DNA of 64,000 bases from NCBI RefSeq assembly GCF_009914755.1, contig NC_060925.1. One strand, 5' to 3'. The translations under genes and the position numbers were made by a program. The notes under the pieces are model-generated. The model was not told the origin of the DNA. It did not search any database and saw nothing but the letters and a program-made list of their open reading frames with translations. Positions within the stretch are counted from its first letter, which is position 1. The number at the start of each line of letters is the position of its first letter. The DNA is from the human T2T-CHM13v2.0 reference genome, Homo sapiens. Of the stretch, positions 12,681-24,152 are shown piece after piece.

Positions 12681-13671
12681 TTAGAAAATGCTGCCAGGGG
12701 TCCCTTTTTATTTCTTAGAAGTTCTGGTTGAACTAACATTCAGTGTCTAGGGAAGGAGAGACAGAAATGGGAATAAACTCTTATTCCCATCAGTGCCTGA
12801 GCTAGCCACCACAAACCCCTTCTATGACAAGGTTGCCCTCAATTTTACTCTTACATCTATAATGACTCTCATTACCCTTTCCACTTGTGACATTCCTATT
12901 TGCCACTAATTGACCAAATTAATCAGTGGGACAGGAAATAATCGCTCACTAGCTGTCAAGCAAACCTTGTCACTTTGTGACTTCCAAGGGCTCGAAGCCA
13001 TTCAATTCAATTAGCTTCAGTGTTTTACACCCAGCACTCTACAGCCATTTGCAAAATTCCTTTATGTTTTGTTCTTTTTTCCCGCAACAGACAATAACAC
13101 ATCTTTAATAAATATACTAAAAATAGACACAAGAACCGACCATGGTGAAAGCGCTGCTTTTGAAGGATTCAACATCCTCTGCTTTAAAATTATCCACTAT
13201 AAAAGTTATATCCTTTCTGAGTGCCCTTTTAATGTCTGGAGGAAAAACCAGATTTTCTGGTTGTCCAAAAAGATCAGTAGCTAATTACAGCTAATAGCAG
13301 TCAACTTTCACCTCTCCATGCTAATGGAGGGAAGCACTGATGCGGGCAATCCCCAAATGGCAACTCTTCCATTAAATTTCAGCAAGTAAAAACACAAAAA
13401 CATTTATACCTCAAGGTTGTTCCCTTAGTTCTTTAAGAAGATGCCTGATAAGTCAGAGGTTGTCTTCTAGATTGTCTAAAGGTAATATAGATATGTTCCT
13501 ACCACTCCTTGTACTTCACATTGCAACTGTACTTAACACCAAAATTAAAATGTAATACACATCCCTTAGCAGGCACTAGCTGAGAAATGAATGGAAGGAA
13601 CCCAGAGTGCTGATGTCACCAGGTCATAAAGCCTGTAATCCAAACTTGGATTACCAGTAGTAATCAATAAA

Positions 13672-13850
13672 AACAATAACAACTCCCATTACTGAGTACG
13701 TGTTACATGCCAAGTATATTACCTGCATTAGTATCTATAATCATGGTAACAATCCTGCAAGGTATGATCTTTCTCATTTTATCAACAGGGAACTCAGACT
13801 CAGAGCAGGTATGTGACCAACTTTGTGTTACCCAAATAGCAAATGACCTA
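13672..13850 (-). mobile_element. MIR
   Basis: CATTACTGAGTAC...TGCCAAG...CTCATTTTATCAACAGGGAACTCAGACTCAGAG. Confidence 0.7.
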
Positions 13851-13851
13851 A

Positions 13852-14226
13852 TATCTTACTCCATTCAGGCTGTTACAACAATATACCATATACCGAGTGG
13901 CTTATAAACAATGGACATTTATTTCTCAATTTCTCACAGTTCTTAGAGGCTGAAAAAGTTCAAGATCAACGTGCTGGTAAATTTGGTGTCCGGTGAGGGA
14001 CCATTTCCTGTTTCATAGATGGTGCCTTCCTACCGTGCCTTCACATGCTGGAAGGGGTAAATGAACTCCCTTGGGCCATTTTTACAAGGGCAATGATACC
14101 ATTCATGAAGATTCCACCCTCGTAATATATTCACCTGTCAATAGCTCCATCTCCCAATACCATCACATTGGAGGTTAAGATTTCAACATATGAATTTAAG
14201 GGGACAAAAACATTCAGACCATAGCA
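13852..14226 (-). mobile_element. MLT1A-like MaLR solo LTR
   Basis: Ends AAACATTCAGACCATAGCA (reverse complement of LTR start TGCTATGGTCTGAATGTTT); TTTCAACATATGAATTT; GGCTTATAAACAA. Confidence 0.85.
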
Positions 14227-14368
14227 CTGAGGTTATATTCAAATATAATTTTACTCTAAGGTTTAGATTAAGCTCTTTCACAAGGCTGTTTAGATAAAAA
14301 GAATGGATGTGTACTCATCATTTTAAAATTTCCCTGTTGCAATCACAGCTGTCGGTTGCATGGACTAG

Positions 14369-14568
14369 TTCTATGGCTTGGATGTTGAACCCCTCCAAAC
14401 TTCATGCTGAAATTTGATCCCCAATGTTGGAGGTGGGGCCTATTGGGAGGTGTTTGGGTCATGGGATCAGATCCTTCATGAATAGATTAATGCCCTGGTA
14501 GGGGGTGGTGAGTAAGTTGTTGCTCTGTTAGTTCCCTAGAACTGGTTGTTAAAAAGAACCTGGTACCT

Positions 14569-14610
<42 letters not shown>

Positions 14611-14832
14611 TCTCTCTCTCTCTCTCTCGCTTCCTCTCTTGCTGTCATTGCTACATGCTCTGGCTCCCCCTTTATCTTCTGTTATGAGTAGAAGCTACTG
14701 GAGGCCTTCACCAAATGCAGATGCTGGAGTTATGCTTCATGTAAAGCCTGTAAAACAGCTAGCCAATAAACCTCTGTTCTTTATAAATTATCTACCCTCA
14801 GCTATTCCTTTACAGCAACACAAACAAAGATA
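14369..14832 (+). mobile_element. MSTB-like MaLR solo LTR with internal (TC)n
   Basis: GAAATTTGATCCCCAATGTTGGAGGTGGGGCC...AATAAACCTCTGTTCTTTATAAATTA; perfect 5-bp TSD ACTAG at 14364-14368 and 14833-14837. Confidence 0.9.
14575..14628. repeat. (TC)n microsatellite
   Basis: Direct read. Confidence 0.95.
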
Positions 14833-15379
14833 ACTAGTTAGGTCACTTTACAAAATTAGGTGCTTAACTAATAAAAATATCCTAACATCTCTCTAAAGGA
14901 CAGAAATTATTGTATGACACATGGCACTTGAGGTTTAGTTACTGAAATGTAAAAGAACCTAGTTAAAGGTTGTTTTATTTAGAAGGCAACTGCTGACAGG
15001 AAGAGATCTTGAAACACCTAGGATGTCATGGCTCTGGTGTCATAATATGGCTCCTACATCAAACTTACCCACTGCCAGGTTGAGTTCTAAATCAAAATTC
15101 CCATCAGACAAGTTTAATTAATGTCTTCTTATTTTGTAAATAATTATTCTCTAGAAATAAACTTTTAAAATGAGTTTAAAAATTTACATTCTAGGGGAAA
15201 AAATAAAGAAAAATTATACTTCTGCAAAATGAAAATTATGATAAAGACATATTATGAATTTTTAATATTCCTCAATAAGCTCATTATCCTTGAACAATAT
15301 TGACACAACTAATAGTTTAATTCTATGATGGTGGTAATTTGATTATTATGAGTAAAGTCCATTCTGATCCCCGTAAAGA

Positions 15380-16175
15380 CTGAGCCAGAAACTATGCTAA
15401 GTGCTGTAATTCAGAAATAATAGTCGGTGACCACATTCCAATGGAAGAGACATACATATACACAAATAATTATATCCAAAGTATAGTTACTGTTGGCAGC
15501 ACCGCCATTCACAATGTTTCCAACAACAGAAATCTGGAGTCATTCTTGACTCTTCACTCTCTGAAACCTCTACTTTCAGGCCTTCTGAAGGTATTGATAG
15601 CTTTACTTCATAAATTTTTTAAAAAATTTATCACCTCCTCTCCATCCTCACTCTTGTTCCCTTTGACCACACTCTCATTATCTCTCACCCAGACTTCTGT
15701 AACAGTTTTCTGTCCAATATTTCTATCTGTTACATTACTTTTCTCCATAGAATTATGTCTAAAATGAAAATCTATGTGATCCTCATGCTTCCAGCTAGTT
15801 ATGAATGTCTTTGTGATAAGACATTCAGATGAAAAGAAGTTCAAATGCTGGACCTTTTCATGCAACACATGTGTGATCTTGGGCATTGCTTATACTCTTT
15901 AAGCCTAGTTTCTAATATTTAAACTGTTGCTATCTTATCGATCTCAGAGATAAATGAGAAAAATGTAAATAAAACACAAGGCTTATATCAATCACTCAAT
16001 AAAGATCAAATCATAATCATCATTTTAAGCTCTTTAGCTTTCCATGCACATGCCCTTCATGGCCAGGCCTTCACCTAACTCTACATCCTTATCTCCAGCA
16101 TCTCTTTGCCTTACACTTTATGCTTTAGCAACACAGAAATATCTATAGTCACCTAAAAATGCCACCATGGCTTTG
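15380..16175. mobile_element. Mosaic of L2 fragments and a MIR (~15810-16025)
   Basis: AGAAATCTGGAGTCATTCTTGACTC (L2); TGTGTGATCTTGGGCATTGCTTATACTCTTTAAGCCTAGTTTC (MIR). Confidence 0.55.
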
Positions 16176-16179
16176 CCTA

Positions 16180-16482
16180 GTCTAATGGCTCAGCTTGGAA
16201 TGCTGATTCCTCTTGAAAGAGCCATCATCAGAGAATTACCTCACCTGAAGTGACAATCTTCCTGAAGCAACCCATATTCTGTGCCAAAACTATGTGGGAG
16301 TATAAAGACCCTGACCTTTTGGCCCAATGCAAAACAGCTCTAATAAGTAATACTCCGGAATTCCAAACCAGGGTGTTGAAGCTTTGTTGGGTCCACATTT
16401 ACTCTCACAGATATAGATCCTTAATAACCATCTTGCAACCCAAACTGTCTCAGCATCTTTTCCAGAGAGCCCACCTGGGATG
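16180..16482 (+). mobile_element. LTR16A-like ERVL LTR (partial)
   Basis: GGGAGTATAAAGACCCTGACC...TTAATAACCATCTTGCA...TGTCTCAGCATCTTTTCCAGAGAGCCCACCTG; followed directly by an ERVL-type internal start. Confidence 0.6.
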
Positions 16483-16717
16483 TTTGGTACTAAAAGTGGA
16501 ATTTAGGGCCTGGATCCTTCACCACATAGATAACAATGAGTTCCCCAACTCTGGTGGTAAGTAAAACACCAGACAGCCCCTAACACAAGTGATGGTCCAG
16601 TTGTTAAAACTGAAGGTGAATTGGGCTGGTGTATTAGTGGAAAGGAGGTGAGATGGTTTCCACATATCTCCATTTAAATCACTAGTCTGGGCACTGCAGA
16701 AACCAATTGCTATAGAC
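16483..16717 (+). mobile_element. ERVL (ERV3-16A3-like) internal 5' fragment
   Basis: TTTGGTACTAAAAGTGG PBS-like start immediately after the LTR; CTGGTGGTAAGT. Confidence 0.5.
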
Positions 16718-16928
16718 TAGAGCTCAGCAAACTTTTTTTTTAAAGGGCTAATTATAAATATTTTTTGACTTTGTGGACCAAGAGGCAGCACTGAAGATAT
16801 GTAAGTACTTATATAAACATTTAAAATATAACCATTTAAAAAAGGAAAACCATTCTCAGCTTGCAGGCCATAAAGAAAACTCTTGGGTGACCAGATTTGG
16901 CCTGTGAGCCATAGTTTGCCAACCCCTG
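16718..16928 (-). mobile_element. MER58-family hAT-Charlie MITE
   Basis: TIRs TAGAGCTCAGCAAACT / AGTTTGCCAACCCCTG; 8-bp TSD-like CTATAGAC / CTCTAAAC. Confidence 0.85.
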
Positions 16929-16959
16929 CTCTAAACTGCTGCAATCAAGTAGAACAAGT

Positions 16960-17038
16960 AGATGAGTGGGACCAAAGAAGGATGTGAATACCAGGAAGTA
17001 AGAATCACTGGGAACCAAATGAGGTGCTGACTACCACA
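16960..17038 (-). mobile_element. MLT1F-like LTR 5' fragment
   Basis: GGATGTGAATACCAGGAAG...GGTGCTGACTACCACA is the reverse complement of an MLT1E/F-type start TGTGGTAG... Confidence 0.55.
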
Positions 17039-17359
17039 CTGAAAATGCTCAAAAGCAGTACTTTAATGCAGCATATAAGGAATTTACATAGAAATATCTT
17101 TAGAAAGGCTGACATCATGTTAACTCTAAATATATATTATTTAACTTGACATTTATTATCACGAGATTTTTAACTATTAACAAAACATATAGCATAATTA
17201 GAACCTGCATCATTTTAAATTTTGGTTAATGTTTCACATCTTTCCTCTGTAATCCATAGGCCCTGAAGGATTTATAGTATTTTAATGTTTCCTTTTTAAA
17301 ACAATAACTCATTACTCATTCATTACCCAGCCAACATGGCTGCAAATCAACCATCACTA

Positions 17360-19870
17360 AGTCCTTTTTTAATTTACATACAATAAAATTCACTTTGTAT
17401 TTTTTATGTACTGTTTTATGAATCCTTAGAAAGGCAAAGATTTGTGGAACCACCACAACAATCTGGATGTAGAAGAGGTTTCTCACCTCCAAATTCCCCT
17501 GTGCTGTTCATTTGTAAAGAAATTAATTAATTAATTTAATTAAAGCCACCCTTAACTTCTAGTTATTAGCAATGAGTGATTTATTTGCAGTCTCTATAGG
17601 TTTGCCTTATGTGGTATGTCATTCAAATGGAATCATACCATATGAATTATAGCTTGAATTGTAGCTCCTGTAATTCCCATGTGTTGTGTGAGGAACCTGG
17701 TGGGAGATAACTGAATCATGGGGGTGTTTTCCCCCATACTGTTCTCATGGTAGTGAATAAGTCTCACAAGAGCTGATGATCTGATGGTTTTATAAGGGGA
17801 AACCCCTTTCACTTGGCTCTCATTCTGTCTGTTGCCTGCTGCCATGTAAGACATGCCTTTCACTTCTGCCATGATTGTGAGATCTCCCCAACCACGTGGA
17901 ACTGTGAGTCCACTAAATCTCCTTTTCTTTATAAATTACCCAGTCTTGGTTATGTCTTTATCAGCATCATGAAAACAAACTAATACAATAAATTGGTACT
18001 GGTAGAGTGGGGTATTGCTGTAAAGATACCTGAAACTGTGGAAGCGACTTTGGAACTGGGTTGGAACAATTTGGAGGGCTCAGAAGACAGGAAAATGTGG
18101 GAAACTTTGGAACTTCCTAGAGACTTGTTGAATGGCTTTGACTAAAATTTTGCTGATAATAATATGGACAATGAAATCCAGGCTGAAGTGATCTCAGATG
18201 GAGATGAGAAACTTGTTAGGAACTGGAGCAAAAGTGGCTCTTGTTATTTTTTAGCAAACACATTGGTGGCATTTTGCCCCTGCCCTAGAGATCTGTGGAA
18301 CTTTAAACTTGAGAGAGATGATTTAGGGTATCTGGCAGAAGAAATGTCTAAACAGCAAAACATTCAACAGGTAACTTGGTTGCTGTTAAAGGCATTCAGT
18401 TTTAAAAGGAAAACAGAGCATAAAAGTTTCAAAAATTTGCATGACAATGCGATAGAAATGAAAATCCCATTTTCTAAGGAGAAATTCAAGCTAGCTGCAT
18501 AATTTGCATAAGTAATGAAGAGCTGAATGTTAATCCCCAAGACAACGGGGAAAATGTCTCCAGGGCATGTCAGAAGTCTTCACAGCAGCCCCTCCCATGG
18601 CAGGCCTGGAGGCCTAGGAGGAAAAAATGGTTTTGTGGGCTGGGACAAGGGTCCCTGTGCTGTGTGCAGCCTAGGAACTTGGTCCCCTGCATTCCAGTCA
18701 CTCCAGTCATGGCTAAAAGGGGCCAACATAGAGCTCAGGCCGTGCCCTCTTTTTCATTATAAATTACCCAGTCTCGGTTATGTCTTTATCAGCATCATGA
18801 AAACTAATACAATATGTAATCTTTCACTGATTTCTTTTACTTAGCATAATATATTTGAGATTCATCCATGTTGTTCTATGTATCAGTAGTTAACTGTAAC
18901 CTTATATTTCATTGTATAAATGTACAATAGCTCTGCTAATAATTGATCAGTCAAAGGACATCAAAGTTATTTCCAGTTTGGGGCAATTATAAATAATGCT
19001 GTTACAAACATTCAGGGTCTTGTGTGAACATAAATTTTCCTACCTCTAGCAAAAGACCTAGGAGTGAGATTGCTAAATCATATAGTAAGAGTATATTTGA
19101 CTTTATTTTTAAAACTACCAAACTGTTTTCCAGAGTGCCTATACCATTCTGCATTTCCACCAGGAAGGTATGAGACTTCTAGTTTCCCAGTTTGATTTCC
19201 AGCCCTTTTTTAAAGCTATGCAAGTAGGTGCTTAGCATTATCATGTTCATGTTTTCACTGATATTTCCCTACTGAAGTTGAGCATCTCTTTATGTGCTTA
19301 TTTGTCAACTCTGTATCTGCTGTAGTGAAATGTCTTTATCAAAACTTTTATCTATTTTTAAATTGGATTAGGATTATTTCTATATTCTAAACAAAAATTA
19401 TTTGTCAAATATATTATTTATGAATGTGTGACTAACGTATTTTTCATTCTCTTGTCAGTGTTTTTCAAAGAGCAATAGATTTTAGTTTTGATGAACTCCA
19501 ATTTATCAATTTGCTTTTTTATTAATCCAAGGGCACCAAAATTTTATCCTACATTTTCTTATAAACTTTTTAATACTTTTTAGTTCTACATTTAGGTCTT
19601 TAATGCACTTTGAGTTAATTTTTGCATAAGGCATGAGATTCATTTTTTCGTTGTGTATGTATGTCCAATTGTACCAGTATTATTTGTTGAAGAGACTATT
19701 CTCTCTTCTTTGTTGTGCCTTCACACTTTTCTCAAAAATTAATTGACCATATTTGTGTAGGTCTATTTCTGGACTCTCTATTCGGTTCCAAAGATTTATG
19801 TGTCTAGCCTTTCAAAAATACCACATTATCTTGAATACTTTAGATTTTTAGTAAGCCAAAATCAAGTAGT
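17360..19870 (-). mobile_element. L1M (L1MC/MD-like) 3' portion, interrupted by THE1
   Basis: AATGGAATCATAC|...|ATATGTAATCTT continuity across THE1; GAGATTCATCCATGTTGTT, TTTCCAGTTTGGGGC, TCTATTTCTGGACTCTCTATTC. Confidence 0.8.
17645..18811 (+). mobile_element. THE1B-like MaLR provirus, internally deleted (5'LTR ~17645-17987, internal to ~18748, last ~60 bp of 3'LTR)
   Basis: THE1 LTR and THE1-int motifs (AAATTGGTACTGGTAGAGTGGGG; ORF remnant MDNEIQAEVISDGDE); TSD ATATG at 17640-17644 and 18812-18816. Confidence 0.9.
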
Positions 19871-19959
19871 ATTTCTGGGAAATTGCCTTAACTCTTCTCA
19901 TAGATATGCAAATAAATAGATACAACCCGTGAAAAAAAAAACTGTGTTTAAAGACACAA

Positions 19960-20362
19960 ACTTTCTTCAGCATTTCCTATAGTGTAAGTCTGCTTGTCAC
20001 AGATTCTTTCATGTTTTGCATTCTTTTGCTTTTGCTTTTGACATCTTTTTTTGGTGGACATAGAATGCCAGGTTGATAATTATTTTTCTTTTGGTACTTT
20101 AAAAATTCTACTTGATTGCTTCAAGTGTGCACTGTTTCTAATGAGAAATCTGCTGTCATCTTTTTTTATTCCTCTTAATTTTTCTTTTTCTGACTGATTC
20201 TAAGATTTTCTCTGTATCACTGCACAATTGGGGAAAGTTGATTATTATTTACTCTGAAGTAGTTGTCTTCACGGTTTTATTCTCCTGTTTGCTTGGGGCT
20301 AGTTGGGTTGGTGGATTTATAGGTTTTATCAAATTTGGGGAAAATATAGCCATTATTTTTCC
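19960..20362 (-). mobile_element. L1M ORF1-region fragment
   Basis: TGTTTCTAATGAGAAATCTGCTGTCAT, AAGATTTTCTCTGTATC, ATCAAATTTGGGGAAAATATAGCCATTATT. Confidence 0.65.
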
Positions 20363-20369
20363 ATAAGAT

Positions 20370-21490
20370 GCTTCTAAAGGAAATGAGTAAAAGAGGAAGT
20401 TTCAGGGCAAAAAATATTTGTAACTAAATGAAAATAAAAATAAGATAACAGAACTTGTGGAATGCCACTAAAGTACTTAGTGAAAAATTTATATCATTAG
20501 ATGCCTTTATTAGAAAAGAAAAAAGATCTCAGTGAACTCAACTTTTATATTTAAAAATTTTAAAAGACAGCAATTTAAACATAAAGGAAGTAGAAGGAAA
20601 GAAGTAAATAATGATGAAGATCAAAATGGAAATCAATGAAATTTAAGAAAAAAAGAATAGAGAAAATAGAGAAAAAAGCTGTCCTTTCAGAAGATCAATA
20701 ATACTGATAAATCTCCCAAATAGGAAGAAAAAAGAGAAAATATATAAATTTATAATATCAGCATGAGAAGAGATATACAGATTCTACAGGTATTGAAATG
20801 TTCATAAGGAAATTTATGAACAATTTTATGCAAATAAATTTTGCAACTTACATAAAATAGACAAATACTTTGAAAGACACAAACTATCAAAGCTCACTCA
20901 AGGAGAAACAGATAACCTGAAAGGTCCCATAGCTATTAAGATTAACTGAACTTATAATTAAAAATATTTTCACAAAGAAAACTTTAGGTCCAAATGGCTT
21001 CATTGATAAAATCTATGAAATATCTAAGGAAAACGCAATACCAATTCTACATAAACTCTTTCAGAAAACTGAAGAGTAGCATCTATGTTTCAAATTGCTG
21101 TAAGAGCACAGCATTATCCTGTTACTAAAGCCAGAAAAGATAGTATAAGACGTTAAAACTACAAACCAATATCTCTAAAGGACCTAAGTTGCACCAATTC
21201 CTCACAAAATTTTAGGAAATTGACTTCAAGAATATGTAAAAAGAATAATAAATTATGATCAAGTGAGATTTATTCCAGGAATTCAAGGTTAGTTTAATAT
21301 ATTAAAAAATCAGCCAAGGTAATGCACAATGTTAACATATTAGAAAAGAAAAGGAAAAAAACATGATCATTCCAGTAGACACAGAAAAAGATTTGGCAAA
21401 ATCCAACATACATTCTTGATTTTTTAAAAATGTCTCTGCAAAGTAGAAATAGAAGACAACTTTCTCAACATGATGAAAACATGTATAACA
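20370..21490 (+). mobile_element. Old L1M ORF2 fragment
   Basis: AACTAAATGAAAATAAAAA...AACTTGTGGAATG...GAAAACTTTAGGTCCAAATGGCTTCA...AAACTACAAACCAATATCTCT. Confidence 0.8.
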
Positions 21491-21767
21491 GCACATATTC
21501 AAGGATTACTCAGATCAGAGAATTATGAGATGCCAGGGAAATGAAGTATATTCATATATTATCCAGATAATACCACACAAATAGAATACACTTTATGGTA
21601 CAGCAAAGTAGTATAGTAGATAGTGCTCATTTAAAATTAGAAGAGAAATTGCTTTTATTTTTCCCCAAGATGGCAGATTAGAGATTTTTGCATGCCTCAG
21701 CCACTCGGAAAGAGAAAGATGTGCATAAAGATCAGTTATGTGAGCTTTAATTAGAAAAGAAAAATGG

Positions 21768-21820
21768 GAATCTACTGGATCCATGAATCTACCGGATCCA
21801 TGAGATCTACTGGATCTCAT
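21768..21820. repeat. 17-bp tandem repeat x3 (GAATCTACTGGATCCAT)
   Basis: Units at 21768, 21785, 21802. Confidence 0.85.
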
Positions 21821-22230
21821 CCCTGCGACACCGCAGATCCCATGGATGAGAATGGAGACAAACATTCCCTATGACAGCATCCAGCTGATAAAAGTAAGTA
21901 AAGTCCCAATATATGACAGAGGCAGAAAGCCTCCATCTGTAACTCTCCTTTCCTCTTGGGATCTGAGCAACCCAGGACAAAAAGAAAGGACTTTGTTTCT
22001 CCCAAGCCCTGGTGCTAACCTGCGAAGAGGTTTCAAAATGCTGAGAAGGAAAAGCTGCAGGGATTTCCCAGACCCAGGACCAAGAGCAGGACACTATTTT
22101 TAAATCTGGCCATCCACAAAGTCAGTCATTCTTTTGTGACCTGGCAGCATGGCAGCACAGGCATTTTAGTATCAGGCCAAAGACTAGAGTGCTTGCATTA
22201 GAGCAGGGTAGGGACCCCTAGAGCCAGAAT

Positions 22231-22470
22231 TTTGAATAAAGAACAAAGTGGAAATCAATGAAATTTAAGAAAAAAAGAGTAGAGAAAATCAAGAAAAAAA
22301 AGCTGTCCTTTCAGATGATCAATAATATTGATAAATCCCCCAGTCAAATACCCAGGAAGAGAAAAGACATAAATTTATAATATCATAATGAGAAGAGACA
22401 TACAGATTCTACAAATGCTGAAATGTTAATAAAGAAAATTATGAACAATTATATGCAAATAAATTTAGCA
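22231..22470 (+). repeat. 240-bp dispersed duplicate of ~20612-20845 inserted in the L1 5'UTR
   Basis: Shared TGGAAATCAATGAAATTTAAGAAAAAAAG...GCTGTCCTTTCAG...ATAAATTTATAATATCA...TATGCAAATAAATTT; about 85% identity by hand count. Confidence 0.85.
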
Positions 22471-22639
22471 TGTGGAATGTGCCTCAGCAGTAGGCACTGG
22501 AATTGGGTTCTACCTGGTCACAGGTCTCAGTGGATGTAGAGCTGCTACAGCTATGGTTCCTCATGGATGACAAGACTTACAGCCAAAACCAGCTTGCCGA
22601 CCTGGAACTGGTCTGCATATGTCATTGCTGGATGCCACA

Positions 22640-23060
22640 GCCTGCTCCCCTGAAATCGGGGTGCAGTGGGGTCGTCTCCACCCCACACCCAGGCATATCT
22701 CCAAACATTTGGAACACCTCCTCACCTGGATCAGCAGCCTGAGCTGCCCTCTTTTCCTGTGCAGAGATTGTGGTGCAGTGGGGCCCTCACTATTTTGCAC
22801 CCAGGCAGATCTCTAGGCATTCAAAGCACCTGCTCACCCAAATTGGCAGCCTGAGTCCCCCAACCCTTACTGTGCAGAGATCAAGGTGCAGGGGGTGGGG
22901 CCAGCTCATACCCAGGCAGATCCCCAGACATTTAGAGCACCTGACTACCATTCAGCAGCCTTAGCCACTCCACCCTTCCTGTGCAGAGATTGTGGTGCAG
23001 TGGGCCCTCTACACTCCATACTCAGGTAGATCTCCAGGCATCTGAAGTACTCACCTGAAT
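22640..23060 (+). repeat. ~115-bp degenerate tandem units of the L1 5'UTR
   Basis: GTGCAGAGAT..GGTGCAG.GGG...CCCAGGCAGATC.C.AGGCAT...GCACCTG recurring at ~22760, 22872, 22981. Confidence 0.75.
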
Positions 23061-23394
23061 TAGGAGTTTATGCTGCCCCCAACCCATGCAGAGAACTTGG
23101 GGCTCAGCAAGTCTCCCTCAGGCACACCTCTGGGCACTTGGTCATGTCCCACTGGATTCTCCCTCAGTGCTGGTGCTTGTGTCTGCCATGTGAGGACCTG
23201 TAGGTGGGCCTGCCTAATTTGGCTCTGCCCATCTTGCTCCCTGCCCCACAGGGCTGAGCAGAGAGCTCAGACCACTGTGCCCTCCATGGATTAGTCCATT
23301 GCCTGCAGCAACAGAGAGCTCCTCTTGGTAAACAAGAATCAAGGATATACCCAACAACATTGGCTGCAGCAGGCTTTTATCCGTAAGTACCATC

Positions 23395-23907
23395 TGCTGA
23401 GACCAGCTCAGTCAGGGAGACCCTAACCCAGCAGTGCTAGAGGAATTAAAGACACACACACAGAAATATAGAGGTGTGAAGTGGGAAATCAGGGGTCTCA
23501 CAGCCTTCAGAGCTGAGAGCCCTGAACAGAGATTTACCCACATATTTATTAACAGCAAGCCAGTCATTAGCATTGTTTCTATAGATATTAAATTAACTAA
23601 AACTATCCCTTATGGGAAACGAAGAGATGGGCTGAATTAAAGGAATAGGTTGGGCTAGTTAACTGCAGCAGGAACATGTCCTTAAGGCACAGATTGCTCA
23701 TGCTATTGTTTGTGGCTTAAGAATGACTTTAAGCGGTTTTCCGCCCTGGACAGGCTAGGTGTTCCTTGCCCTCATTTTGGTAAACCCACAACCTTCCAGT
23801 GTGGGCTTTACAGCCATCATGAACATGTCACAGTGTTGCAGAGATTTTGTTTATGGCCAGTTTTGGGGCCAGTTTATGGCCAGATTTGGGGGGGCTTGTT
23901 TCCAACA
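23395..23907 (-). mobile_element. MER9 solo LTR (HERV-K9/HML-3)
   Basis: Reverse complement starts TGTTGGAAACAAGCCCCCCCAAATCTGGCCATAAACTGGCCCCAAAACTGGCCATAAAC; perfect 6-bp TSD ACCATC (23389-23394, 23908-23913). Confidence 0.92.
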
Positions 23908-24152
23908 ACCATCTACTGGCTTGTAGGTTGGACTGCACAGCCTAACATAAAACCTGCTGAAAGAAGTGCATAGAGCTATGGAAGCAAAGCCAAAAGACCT
24001 TACCCAACATTCTCTACACTCATACCCACTAGAGAGTAGGGTAAAGAAAAAGGAAAAGAAAAAGATAATTATAGTATAGAGAAAGAAAGAAAAAGAAAAA
24101 ATCCTACCCACATACAAATATCGTGAAAATTTAGAAGTGCCACCATCTCCAG

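Noticed and set aside
22640-23060. Repeat array resembling CRISPR or a novel satellite
   Set aside because: Degenerate tandem units normal for old L1P 5'UTRs; no unique spacers; eukaryotic DNA
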